Source: Desulfarculaceae bacterium
Lineage (GTDB): Bacteria; Desulfobacterota; Desulfarculia; Desulfarculales; Desulfarculaceae
Length of the DNA: 59,683 bases
NCBI GenBank assembly: GCA_027067385.1
Contig: JAMOVV010000023.1
Location: 1 to 59,683, forward strand
Direction of reading: 5' to 3'
Shown here in pieces: positions 41,730-50,340 of the stretch. Each line of letters opens with the position of its first letter. Position 1 is the first letter of the stretch. The translations under genes were made by a program, and so were the position numbers. The notes below the pieces were generated by a model. That model worked only from the letters and a program-made list of their open reading frames with translations. It did not search any database and was not told where the DNA came from.

Positions 41730-42777
41730 AACGGGAGCGCTAAAGGACCTGCTGGAGCTGGGAGTGGCCGACGGCGTGGCCCCGGCCATGGTGCTGGGGC
41801 TGTGGCGAGACGGCCGCGAGCTGGCGGTGCTGGCCGCCGGGGCGGCCGGGCCGGACACCGTCTTCGACCTGGCCTCGCTCACCAAGCCGCTGGCCACCGC
41901 CGCGCTGTGCCTGGAGATGGCCGCCGCCGGCCGCCTGCCCTGGGACACCACCCTGGGCCACATCTACGGCGCGGTGGTGCCGGCCGAAAAACGCGACATA
42001 AGCATAAGGCAGCTCTTGTGCCACGCCTCCGGCCTGGAGGCCTACCAGCCCTATTACACCGCCCTTGGGAAATTGCCGGTGACCATGCGCGCCGGCCTGC
42101 TCAAGGCCATGCTCATGAACCAACCGCTGGTGGCCCAGCCGGGACAAAGCGCGCTCTACAGCGACCTGGGCTACCTGCTGCTGGGGCTCATCGTGCAGGA
42201 GGCCGCCGGCATGAGCCTGGACCAGGCCCTGGACGCGTTGTACCAGCGCGCTGGAATCGACGGCCCGCGCTACGCCCCCCGCCCGGCCCCGCCGCCCTGG
42301 CCGCTCACCCGGGTGGCCCCCTGCGGCCCCCTACCCGGCCGGCCCCGGGTGCACGGCCGGGTGGAGGACGAAAACGCCCATGCCCTGGGCGGGGTGGCCG
42401 GCCACGCCGGCCTGTTCGGCACCGCCGGCCAGGTGGCCGCGGTGATGCTGCGCCTGGTGGAGGCGGCCGAGGGGCGCGGTCCCTGGCCGGCCGAGTTGGC
42501 CGGGCAATTGTTCGATCGCGACGCCGACACCCCGGGCTCTACCCGCACCCCGGGCTTTGACACCCCCAGCGGCCAGCCCAGCGCGGCCGGTGACCGGCCC
42601 CCGGACGGGCTGGTGGGCCATTTGGGATTTACCGGGGTGAGCCTGTGGTGGCACCGGCCAAGCAACAGCGGGGTGGTGCTGCTCACCAACCGGGTGGCCC
42701 TGGGGCGCGATAATGACCAGATCAAGCAGTTCCGGCCCCGGGTGCACGAGTTGGCCTGGCCGGTCCTGGGCCTTTAA
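41722..42777 (+). CDS. Serine hydrolase (beta-lactamase / PBP4*-like family)
   Basis: SxxK motif DLASLTKPLAT and YSDLGY (YxN-like). TTG start overlaps ldcA by 8 nt. Confidence 0.75.
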   Translation: MAETGALKDLLELGVADGVAPAMVLGLWRDGRELAVLAAGAAGPDTVFDLASLTKPLATAALCLEMAAAGRLPWDTTLGHIYGAVVPAEKRDISIRQLLCHASGLEAYQPYYTALGKLPVTMRAGLLKAMLMNQPLVAQPGQSALYSDLGYLLLGLIVQEAAGMSLDQALDALYQRAGIDGPRYAPRPAPPPWPLTRVAPCGPLPGRPRVHGRVEDENAHALGGVAGHAGLFGTAGQVAAVMLRLVEAAEGRGPWPAELAGQLFDRDADTPGSTRTPGFDTPSGQPSAAGDRPPDGLVGHLGFTGVSLWWHRPSNSGVVLLTNRVALGRDNDQIKQFRPRVHELAWPVLGL

Positions 42778-42796
42778 CCACCGTACCGGGAGCCCC

Positions 42797-44275
42797 ATGC
42801 CGCTGGACCCCAAACTCAACCGCTTTCCCTCCCAGGTGCGCACGGTATACCTCATGGGTATCGGCGGGGTGGCCATGGGCGCCCTGGCCGGGGCCCTGGC
42901 CGCGCGCGGCCTGGCGGTGCGCGGCTCGGACAACCCCCTGTACCCGCCCATGTCCACCTTCCTGGCCGAGCGCGGCATCGCGGTGGCCCAGGGCTACCGC
43001 GCCGCCAACCTGCAACCCCCGACCGACCTGGTCATCGTGGGCAACGTGATCCGGGCCGACAACCCCGAGGTGGCCGAGTTGGCCCGGCTGGGGCTGCCCT
43101 ACCTCTCGCTGCCCCAGGCCCTGGCCCGCTTCTTCCTGGACGGCAAGAAGCCCATCGTGGTGGCCGGCACCCACGGTAAGACCACCACCACCGCGCTCAT
43201 CGCCACGTCCCTGCGCGCCGCCGGCCGCGACGCCGGTTTCATGCTCGGAGGCATCATCAAGCAAGGTGGCGGCAATCTGTCCCCAGGCGCCGGCGAGCAC
43301 TTCGTGGTGGAGGGCGACGAATATGACACCGCCTTTTTCGCCAAGGTGCCCAAGTTCGTCTACTACCAGCCGGCTATCGCCGTGCTCACCAGCCTGGAGT
43401 TCGACCACGCCGACATCTACCCCGACCTGGCGGCGGTGCGCCGCGCCTTTGGCATGCTCATGGAAGTGTTGCCGGCCGGCGGGCGGCTCATCGCCTGGGG
43501 CGACGACCCCGAGGTGGTGGCCATGGCCGGCCGGGCCCCCTGCCCGGTGGTGACCTACGGCCGGGGGCGAGACTGCCACTGGCGGCTGCTGGCCGCCGAG
43601 CCGGCCGGCGACGGCGGGGCCCGCCTGGCGGTGCGGCCGCCGGCCGGCCGGGTGCTGGAGTTCACCACTCCCCTGGTGGGAGGCCACAATGCCCTCAACA
43701 CCACCGCCGCCCTGGCCGCCCTGGCCGCCGCCGGGCTCGCCCCGGAGCGCGCCGCCGGGCTGCAGGCCTCCTTCCCGGGGGTGCGGCGGCGGCAAGAGGT
43801 GCGCGGGGTGGCCGGCGGCGTGGTGGTGGTCGACGACTTCGCCCACCACCCCACCGCGGTGCGCGAAACGGTGGCGGCGGTGGCCCGCTTCGGACTGCCG
43901 GGCTGGCCGGCCGGCTCGGGACGGCTGGTGGCCTGCTTTGAACCCCGCTCCAACACCAGCCGGCGCAACTACTTCCAAGACGACTACCCCGCCTCCTTTG
44001 ACGGAGCCGACCTGGTACTGCTGCGCGAGCCCACACTGGTGGAGGACATCCCCGGGCCCCAACGCTTCAGCGCGGCCCGCCTGGCCCGCGACCTGGCCGA
44101 CCGCGGCCGGCCGGCGATGGCCTTTGCCCGCACCGGCGACCTGCTGGACCACCTGCTGGGCTACCTGCGCGCCGGTGACCTGTGCCTGGTCATGTCCAAC
44201 GGCGGTTTCGACGACCTGCACCAACGCCTGCTCACAGCCCTGGCCGCCGCCGGGCAAAAAAAAGGCGGAGCCTAA
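42797..44275 (+). CDS. mpl: UDP-N-acetylmuramate:L-Ala-gamma-D-Glu-meso-DAP ligase (murein peptide ligase)
   Basis: Internal ATG at 42797. Motifs: YLMGIGGVAMGALA, VAGTHGKTTTT, GDEYDTAFF. Confidence 0.85.
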   Translation: MPLDPKLNRFPSQVRTVYLMGIGGVAMGALAGALAARGLAVRGSDNPLYPPMSTFLAERGIAVAQGYRAANLQPPTDLVIVGNVIRADNPEVAELARLGLPYLSLPQALARFFLDGKKPIVVAGTHGKTTTTALIATSLRAAGRDAGFMLGGIIKQGGGNLSPGAGEHFVVEGDEYDTAFFAKVPKFVYYQPAIAVLTSLEFDHADIYPDLAAVRRAFGMLMEVLPAGGRLIAWGDDPEVVAMAGRAPCPVVTYGRGRDCHWRLLAAEPAGDGGARLAVRPPAGRVLEFTTPLVGGHNALNTTAALAALAAAGLAPERAAGLQASFPGVRRRQEVRGVAGGVVVVDDFAHHPTAVRETVAAVARFGLPGWPAGSGRLVACFEPRSNTSRRNYFQDDYPASFDGADLVLLREPTLVEDIPGPQRFSAARLARDLADRGRPAMAFARTGDLLDHLLGYLRAGDLCLVMSNGGFDDLHQRLLTALAAAGQKKGGA

Positions 44276-44323
44276 ACCGACCCCGGGCCGGTCCTCACTC
44301 CGCCGAATGGCACCAGGCGGCTG

Positions 44324-44770
44324 CTACGGCGCGATCTTGCCGCCCACGGCGCGGGCGTAGTCCTGGGCCGCCTTGATGCCGTCGGGCGTGTCGATGGTGT
44401 CTTCAATGACGTTGAGCGAGCCCAGGTCGGTCATGTCCATCTTGAAGACGTTTTCCATGGTATCGAAAATGTAGCCCGGGGCGTCGCCGCTGTGGGTGTA
44501 GGAGCCAAAGGCGCCGCCGACTTTGCCGGCCAGATCGGCCTGCTCCGCTAAAAAGAGAAAGGTCTTCATGGAGGCGGTCATGTCCCGGTGGTAGGTGGGG
44601 CAGCCGAAAAGATACCCCTGGTAGCCCGCCAGGTCGGCCGCATCTTTCAACTCGGAGATATTTTTTACCTCGACCTCGTGGCCGGACATGCGAATGCCCT
44701 CGGCCAGGTAGTCGGCGATCTTCTTGGTGTGCCCGGTACGGCTGGTATAGGCGATGAGAAACTTGGCCAT
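44324..44770 (-). CDS. Flavodoxin (short-chain)
   Basis: 148 aa. FMN phosphate loop AYTSRTGHTKK. Acidic. Visibly lower local G+C than its neighbours. Confidence 0.85.
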   Translation of the reverse strand: MAKFLIAYTSRTGHTKKIADYLAEGIRMSGHEVEVKNISELKDAADLAGYQGYLFGCPTYHRDMTASMKTFLFLAEQADLAGKVGGAFGSYTHSGDAPGYIFDTMENVFKMDMTDLGSLNVIEDTIDTPDGIKAAQDYARAVGGKIAP

Positions 44771-44956
44771 CTTGAATCCTTCCTTGGGGGTAATATTATT
44801 GCGAATTGTTACTAACTATTATCACTAAAGTACCCGGCAAAGTCAAGCCGGCAGCATGGGGCCGCGGTGCCGGCGGCCGCGGCGCCGGCATCGGTCTGGA
44901 TTGACACCGGCCACAGCGGCTGCCAGTATGGGCGGGAATTCTGCGGGATCGTAGGC

Positions 44957-46567
44957 ATGGATTTGGAAAAACGCTACCTGGAACTGGCGCCACCGAGCCT
45001 GGCGGACAACACGGCCGAGATCGACCGACTGGCCAAGGCCTGGCGCCGACTCACCGGCCAGTGGCCGGCCGCACCCCTGGGCCGGGTAATGGACTATGCC
45101 CGCACCCTGCGCGCCGCCGGCTACCGGGTCACGGCCACCGTGGCCACGGGCGAGCAGGGCGCGGTGCTGGTGGACCTGGAGCCCGGCGACACCACGAACC
45201 GGCCGCCCGATCCCGCCCTGGCCGAACGCGCCGCGGAGCTGCCGGCGGGGCCTTGGCCGCAAGATGGCCTGGGGGTGGCCCTGGATATCGGCTCCACCCA
45301 CCTGCAGGCCGCCTTGCTGGAGCTGTCCGACGGCCACCGCCTGGCCCGGGCCACCCGGCTCAACCCCCAGACCGAGGTGGGGGCCGACATCCTCACCCGC
45401 ATCCACGCCGCCGCCAGTCCCCAAGGCAGCGCCCGGCTACACGACATGCTGCGCCGCGCGGTGGTGGAGGTGGTGGGCGAGCTCTGCGCCGCCGCCGGCC
45501 GCCGGCCGGCCGAGGTGGTGGCCGTGGTGGCCGCCGGCAACACCACCATGACCCACTTCTTCCTGGGCCTGGACACCGGCTCCATCTGCCGCGAGCCCTA
45601 CATCCCCATCGTCAACCGGCCGGCGGCCTTTTTCGCCCGCGACCTGGAGCTGGGCCTGCATCCCCGGGCGGTGGTCTGGGCCCTGCCCAACGTGGGGTCT
45701 TACTTTGGCGGTGACCTGGTAGCCGGCATCGTGGCCGCCGACCTGCACCAGCGGCCCAACCCGGCCATACTGGTGGACGTGGGCACCAACGCCGAGGTGG
45801 TGCTGGGCAACCGCGACTGGCTGGTGGCCTGCGCCGGGGCGGCCGGCCCGGCCCTGGAGTCCGGGGTGGCCAAGATGGGCGTGCTGGCCCAGCCGGGGGC
45901 CATCGAAGGGGTGAGCATCGACCGGGAGACCTGGGAACCCACCCTCCAGATCATCCCGGCCCCCGACGGCACTATCCCCCGGCCCCTGGGGCTCTGCGGG
46001 TCCGGGCTGTTGCAGCTCTTGGCCCAGCTCTACCTCTGCCGGGCCATGGACATGCGCGGCAAGTTCACCGATCCGACGCACCCGCGCATCGTGGACACCG
46101 AAGAAGGTTTGGGCTACGTGGTAGTGCCGGCCAAGCAGGCGGCCGGCGGCCGGGCCATCGTGGTCACCGAGGTGGAGATCGACATCCTGCTGCGCTCCAA
46201 GGCGGCTATGTACACCATCTTGCGCACCGTGCTGCTGGAGGTGGGGCTGGAGTTTGACGACCTGGAGGCCTTTTTCATCGCCGGGGCCTTTGGCAATGTC
46301 ATCGACCCGGATACCGCCATAACCCTGGGCATGCTGCCGGACCTGCCGCGCGAGCGCTTCATCGCCCTGGGCAACTCCTCCTTGGCCGGCTGCCAACGGC
46401 TGCTGCGTGACCCCGCGGCCCGGCCCCAGGTGGAGGCGGTGGTGGACAAGCTCACCTACCTGGAGCTAAACGTCAACCAGGCCCTGATGAACCGCTTTTC
46501 GGCCGCCCGCTTCATTCCCCACACCGACGCCGAGCGCTTCCCCAGCGTTCCCGCCTGGGGACGGTGA
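44957..46567 (+). CDS. ASKHA-fold ATPase of the RACo C-terminal (DUF4445) family, lacking a ferredoxin domain
   Basis: LDIGSTHLQAALL, AAGNTTMTHFFLG, VDVGTNAEVVLG, GPALESG, GLCGSGLL, IAGAFG. The N-terminal ~120 aa contain no Cys. ATG at 44957 is preferred over the ORF-track start at 44867. Confidence 0.8.
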   Translation: MDLEKRYLELAPPSLADNTAEIDRLAKAWRRLTGQWPAAPLGRVMDYARTLRAAGYRVTATVATGEQGAVLVDLEPGDTTNRPPDPALAERAAELPAGPWPQDGLGVALDIGSTHLQAALLELSDGHRLARATRLNPQTEVGADILTRIHAAASPQGSARLHDMLRRAVVEVVGELCAAAGRRPAEVVAVVAAGNTTMTHFFLGLDTGSICREPYIPIVNRPAAFFARDLELGLHPRAVVWALPNVGSYFGGDLVAGIVAADLHQRPNPAILVDVGTNAEVVLGNRDWLVACAGAAGPALESGVAKMGVLAQPGAIEGVSIDRETWEPTLQIIPAPDGTIPRPLGLCGSGLLQLLAQLYLCRAMDMRGKFTDPTHPRIVDTEEGLGYVVVPAKQAAGGRAIVVTEVEIDILLRSKAAMYTILRTVLLEVGLEFDDLEAFFIAGAFGNVIDPDTAITLGMLPDLPRERFIALGNSSLAGCQRLLRDPAARPQVEAVVDKLTYLELNVNQALMNRFSAARFIPHTDAERFPSVPAWGR

Positions 46568-47544
46568 GCACGGCCATGGACCTCAAGGCGCGGGCCGAAG
46601 AGCTGCTGGGGCGCTCCCTTAATTCCCTCAAGGTGGTGGAGGACACCAGCCAGTTCATGGACCTGGGCATGGGCGACGTGCTGCACCTGGAGGGGCGCTA
46701 CCTGGTGCTGCGCGGCATGACCTACGAGGGGCGTTTCGGCCTGGACGAGGAGCCCAAGTACTGGGTGCGCACCGGGTACGACCTGGCCGACGGCTCGGCC
46801 AAGATCATCAAGATGGTTTTTTTCGAGGAGTTCGACCTGCCGGTGGGCGGGCTGATGATCCACTGTTACCGTAGCCCCCGCAAGGAGCAGCGGGTGCTGG
46901 ACACGGTGCGCGGCCACCGCTTGTTCATGCAGGGTGAGACCCTTTTCGACCGGGCCCACAACCCGGTGCGGGTGATCGACCGCATAAAGGGTGGGCCCCT
47001 GCACCGGCGCCTCGACGGCTTGTCCCAGGACCACCGGGCCTACTACCACGGCCACTTGCCGCGAATCCTGGACCGCTTCATCGCCTCGGTGGAGGCCATC
47101 GGTTTTTTGCACTCCCACCAGTTGGTGCACGGCGACATCCGGCGCGACCACATCTTCCTGGAGACCGACACCGGCCTGTGGCGCTGGATCGACTTTGACT
47201 ACAACTACAGCCTGCCCCAAAACCCCTTCGGCCTGGACCTGTTCGGCCTGGGCAACGTGCTGTGCTACCTGGTGGGCCGGGGCATCCCCACCCTGCACCA
47301 GCTAAAGAGAGAGCGCCCCGAGGCCCTGGAGCGCCTGGACACCGGCGATCTCTCCCTGGTGATTCCCAACCGGGTGTTCAACCTGAGAAAGTTGTATCCT
47401 TATATCCCGGAGGCGCTCAACCGGGTGCTGCTGCACTTTGCAGCCTCGGCCCCGGTGTTTTACGAGCAGGTGCCGGAATTTTTAGCCGATCTACGCGAGG
47501 CCGCCGCACAGGTGGCCCGTGACAGCCAGGAGGTGGCCCCATGA
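46564..47544 (+). CDS. Atypical protein-kinase-like fold protein
   Basis: GTGA overlap with the upstream gene. Catalytic-loop-like LVHGDIRRDHIF and DFD (DFG-like). Possible VAIK-type Lys in AKIIKMV. Confidence 0.6.
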   Translation: MSTAMDLKARAEELLGRSLNSLKVVEDTSQFMDLGMGDVLHLEGRYLVLRGMTYEGRFGLDEEPKYWVRTGYDLADGSAKIIKMVFFEEFDLPVGGLMIHCYRSPRKEQRVLDTVRGHRLFMQGETLFDRAHNPVRVIDRIKGGPLHRRLDGLSQDHRAYYHGHLPRILDRFIASVEAIGFLHSHQLVHGDIRRDHIFLETDTGLWRWIDFDYNYSLPQNPFGLDLFGLGNVLCYLVGRGIPTLHQLKRERPEALERLDTGDLSLVIPNRVFNLRKLYPYIPEALNRVLLHFAASAPVFYEQVPEFLADLREAAAQVARDSQEVAP

Positions 47545-48014
47545 ACCAAGGTCCGTCGGTGCTGATCTGGAACCGCATCCTGGTGGCGGTGGATGAAAAG
47601 GCCATCAGCCTGGAGGCGGTGGACTACGTGGCCGCGGTGCTCAGCGGCTCGGCCAACTGCCGGGTGGACCTGCTGGCCGTGCTGGTGCCGCCGGACCCCG
47701 ACAACTTCCCCGACCAGGCCGGCCACGCCGCCCGCGCCCGTGAATTGGAGCAGCAACTGCAGCAGGTCCTGGCCCGGGGCGAGCGGATATTGCTGGAGGC
47801 CGGCCTGGAGCGGCAGGCGGTGGCCAGCCGGCTGGTGGAGTCGGAGGGACGCCGGGTGAGCGAGGTGATCATGGAGTACCAGGCGGCCGGCGGCTATGGC
47901 ACGGTGGTGGTGGGACGCCGCGGCCTGTCCAAGGCCGAGGAGTTCTTGCTGGGTTCGGTCTCCAGCGCGGTGATGCACCAGGCGGCCGACTGCTGCGTGT
48001 GGGTGGTGGGCTGA
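47541..48014 (+). CDS. Universal stress protein (UspA family)
   Basis: ATGA overlap with the kinase-like gene. ATP-binding motif VVGRRGLSKAEEFLLGSVSSAVMHQA. Confidence 0.8.
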   Translation: MNQGPSVLIWNRILVAVDEKAISLEAVDYVAAVLSGSANCRVDLLAVLVPPDPDNFPDQAGHAARARELEQQLQQVLARGERILLEAGLERQAVASRLVESEGRRVSEVIMEYQAAGGYGTVVVGRRGLSKAEEFLLGSVSSAVMHQAADCCVWVVG

Positions 48015-48017
48015 GCG

Positions 48018-48314
48018 CTACAACTTCTCCCGCACGCTGTCGATCTTGGCCTGGGCCGTGGCCGCCTTGTCGCGGCGGTCGTCGATGTTGATAAGCGTCA
48101 TCACCCGGGCCGCGCCCTGCTCAAAGGGCAACTCGTGCACCCGGCGGATCACCTGGAGCAACTGGTCCAACTCGCCCTCCAGCACCGTGCCCATGGGAGT
48201 GAGCTGGTTGGTCACCCCGCTTTCTTCCAGCACCCGGTGGACCTGGGCCACGTATTGCGACAGGCTGGTGGAACCGGTGCCCAGCGGCACCACGGAAAAC
48301 TGTACAATCGCCAT
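48018..48314 (-). CDS. MTH1187/YkoF-like (DUF77) small protein
   Basis: MAIVQFSVVPLGTGSTSLSQYVA...LTPMGTVLEGELD is typical of the family. ATG at 48314. Confidence 0.75.
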   Translation of the reverse strand: MAIVQFSVVPLGTGSTSLSQYVAQVHRVLEESGVTNQLTPMGTVLEGELDQLLQVIRRVHELPFEQGAARVMTLINIDDRRDKAATAQAKIDSVREKL

Positions 48315-48447
48315 GAAACCCTCCTGGCCGGGGCACAATAGTGCAAATGCGCCTTGCCGGTCTGTCCGGCTTTGGGTATAGTCTAGAAGTAGGGTACCGG
48401 ATTAGGAATGCTTCCGGCACCCTCTTGTTTTCTCAAGGGATACTACC

Positions 48448-49344
48448 ATGCGCCTCACTGATTACCGCAACATGGACGCCGACCAACTGGCCGAGCTGCT
48501 GTTTATCGCTGAAGACCGGCTGGAGTTGGCCTGCGTGCAGGAGATGGCCCGCCGGGAGGAGATGCTACCCATCTTGTCCCAGGTGGTGACCACCAAGCAC
48601 AACTGGCTCAGTGAACTGCCGGCGTGGTGGGCGGTGGTCCATAGCACCTACATCCTGGGAATGCGCGGCGGCGAGGAAGCGGTGATGCCGCTGTTGGCCG
48701 CCCTGCGCTGGTCTGACGCCTTTGACTGCGACTGGGTCACCGAGGTGCTGCCGGCCATCTTCGGGCGGCTGGGACCGGCGGCCATCCCCGGCCTCACCGC
48801 GGTGATCCGTGATCCCTCGGCCGGGTGGGCGGTGCGCGACGTGGCCATGAAGGGCCTGGCCGCCATGAGCCTGAGCTGGCCCGAGTCCACCGAGCACGTC
48901 TTCCGTCTTATCGGCGAACGCTTCATGGACGAGGGCGAGGAGCCCTCGGTGCGCCACCTGGCCGGCCATATCCTGCTGGACTTCCGCCGGGCCGACTACC
49001 GGCTGGCCCTGGTGAAGTACGCCAAGGACCAGGCGCTGGTGAGCGAGTTCGACTACTGGTACAACCCGGGGCTCAACTCCGACGAGGTGGAGTGGGCCTT
49101 TAGGGGCGGCGAGCCCGAGCTGTGGCACTACACCGACGACTGGATGCGCTTCTATGAACCGGCCGAGATCCAGCGCCGCCAAAAACGCTGGATGCGCGAA
49201 CGGCTGGGAGCGGGACGCCTGCCGCGCGACCGCCAGCAGCCCGGCGGCGGGGGACGGGTGCTGCCCCTCTGGGACCGCAACCCGGACCAGGGAACCGCCG
49301 AGCCGCCCGCCAAACCCGAGCCCGACAATCCCGGCTCCAAGTAG
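48448..49344 (+). CDS. Hypothetical protein with HEAT-like helical repeats (DUF1186-like?)
   Basis: 298 aa. Coding-like composition, helical repeats and a basic/Pro-rich tail. The family assignment is uncertain. Confidence 0.55.
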   Translation: MRLTDYRNMDADQLAELLFIAEDRLELACVQEMARREEMLPILSQVVTTKHNWLSELPAWWAVVHSTYILGMRGGEEAVMPLLAALRWSDAFDCDWVTEVLPAIFGRLGPAAIPGLTAVIRDPSAGWAVRDVAMKGLAAMSLSWPESTEHVFRLIGERFMDEGEEPSVRHLAGHILLDFRRADYRLALVKYAKDQALVSEFDYWYNPGLNSDEVEWAFRGGEPELWHYTDDWMRFYEPAEIQRRQKRWMRERLGAGRLPRDRQQPGGGGRVLPLWDRNPDQGTAEPPAKPEPDNPGSK

Positions 49345-49454
49345 CCGGCCGTATTACCTTCCCCGGCGAAGGTCAAGCCAAGCCCTTTAAACCCCGGCCT
49401 CGGCCATGGTAAAGTGTTCGGATAAAAACGGACCAACTTGAGCGGAGGTCGAGG

Positions 49455-50201
49455 ATGCCCGGCCATCAAACAATAGCAACCCGGCGTTTGATTATCCTGT
49501 TGATCATCGTGGCGGCCACGCTGGCCTTTAGCGGCTGCGCGGCCATCAACCGGATCCGGGGCAAGGGAGACCCCGTCAAGCTGTCGGCGGCCTACTACAA
49601 CCGGGCCATGACCTTCATGCAGGCCCGCCGCTATCCCCAGGCGGTCACCGACCTGCAACGCGCCATCATGGCCGACCCCAACATGTACCAGGCCTACTAC
49701 CAACTGGGACGGGCCTACCAGGCCCAGGGCCAGGCCAAGCACGCCCGCCAGAGCTGGGTCATCGGCCTGGACAAGGCCCAGCACGGGCCGGAGCGCAAGG
49801 ACTATCCCCGGGCCAAGGCGATAGCCGAGCTGCGCGCCGCCCTGGCCGGCCAGGACGCACCGGCCACCGTGGCCAAGCCGGCCGCCACGGCCCGTCCGCG
49901 TAAACCCGCGGTAAAGACCACCGCGGTGGCCCCGCCCAAAAAGAGCCCCCCGGCCCGCCGCGGCTCGTGGGCGGTGCTCTATTCGTCCAACCTCAAGATC
50001 GCCAGCGCCCAGGCCGACGTGCGGCGCCTGCAGGCCCGGGGCATCAAGGCCATGGTCAAGACCCACAAGATAAAGGGACGCATCTGGCACCGGGTGTGGG
50101 TGGACTGCTGCACCAGCTACACCCTGGCCCGCCGCCGGGCCCGCCAGCTCAACGCCAAGGGCATCGCCCGCGGCGCGGTGGTGATGCGCCCGGGCAAGTA
50201 G
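49455..50201 (+). CDS. Lipoprotein with a TPR segment and a C-terminal SPOR domain
   Basis: Lipobox LAFSGC. TPR-like YYNRAMTFMQARRYPQAVTDLQRAI...YYQLGRAYQAQG. SPOR-like WAVLYSSNLKIASAQADVRRLQARG...WHRVWV. Confidence 0.7.
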   Translation: MPGHQTIATRRLIILLIIVAATLAFSGCAAINRIRGKGDPVKLSAAYYNRAMTFMQARRYPQAVTDLQRAIMADPNMYQAYYQLGRAYQAQGQAKHARQSWVIGLDKAQHGPERKDYPRAKAIAELRAALAGQDAPATVAKPAATARPRKPAVKTTAVAPPKKSPPARRGSWAVLYSSNLKIASAQADVRRLQARGIKAMVKTHKIKGRIWHRVWVDCCTSYTLARRRARQLNAKGIARGAVVMRPGK

Positions 50202-50235
50202 CGCCCCGGACCGCGGCCCAATTCCTTAGCCTCAT

Positions 50236-50265
50236 TTGACACCCCGGTGGCCCGGGTGCTATCTT
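50236..50265 (+). promoter_or_regulatory. Candidate sigma70 promoter for dnaX-ybaB-recR
   Basis: TTGACA (50236-50241), N18, TATCTT (50260-50265). Confidence 0.35.
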
Positions 50266-50340
50266 TACGCGAGCGTGTACGATTAATTCAATTTGTAATA
50301 TCAGGCTGTTAGCCATTAACCCCTCGCGGGGGAGACACCT

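Noticed and set aside
48315-48447. TPP riboswitch upstream of the YkoF/MTH1187-like gene.
   Set aside because: A hairpin (gggtaccgg...ccggcaccc) is present. The conserved CUGAGA and ACCUGAUCUGGAUAAUGCCAGCG-type elements are absent or in the wrong order on either strand.
50202-50340. SRP (4.5S) RNA gene, which often precedes dnaX.
   Set aside because: The spacer lacks the conserved SRP domain IV motifs (GGAAGCAGCC-type helix 8 sequence). It looks like a promoter plus leader instead.
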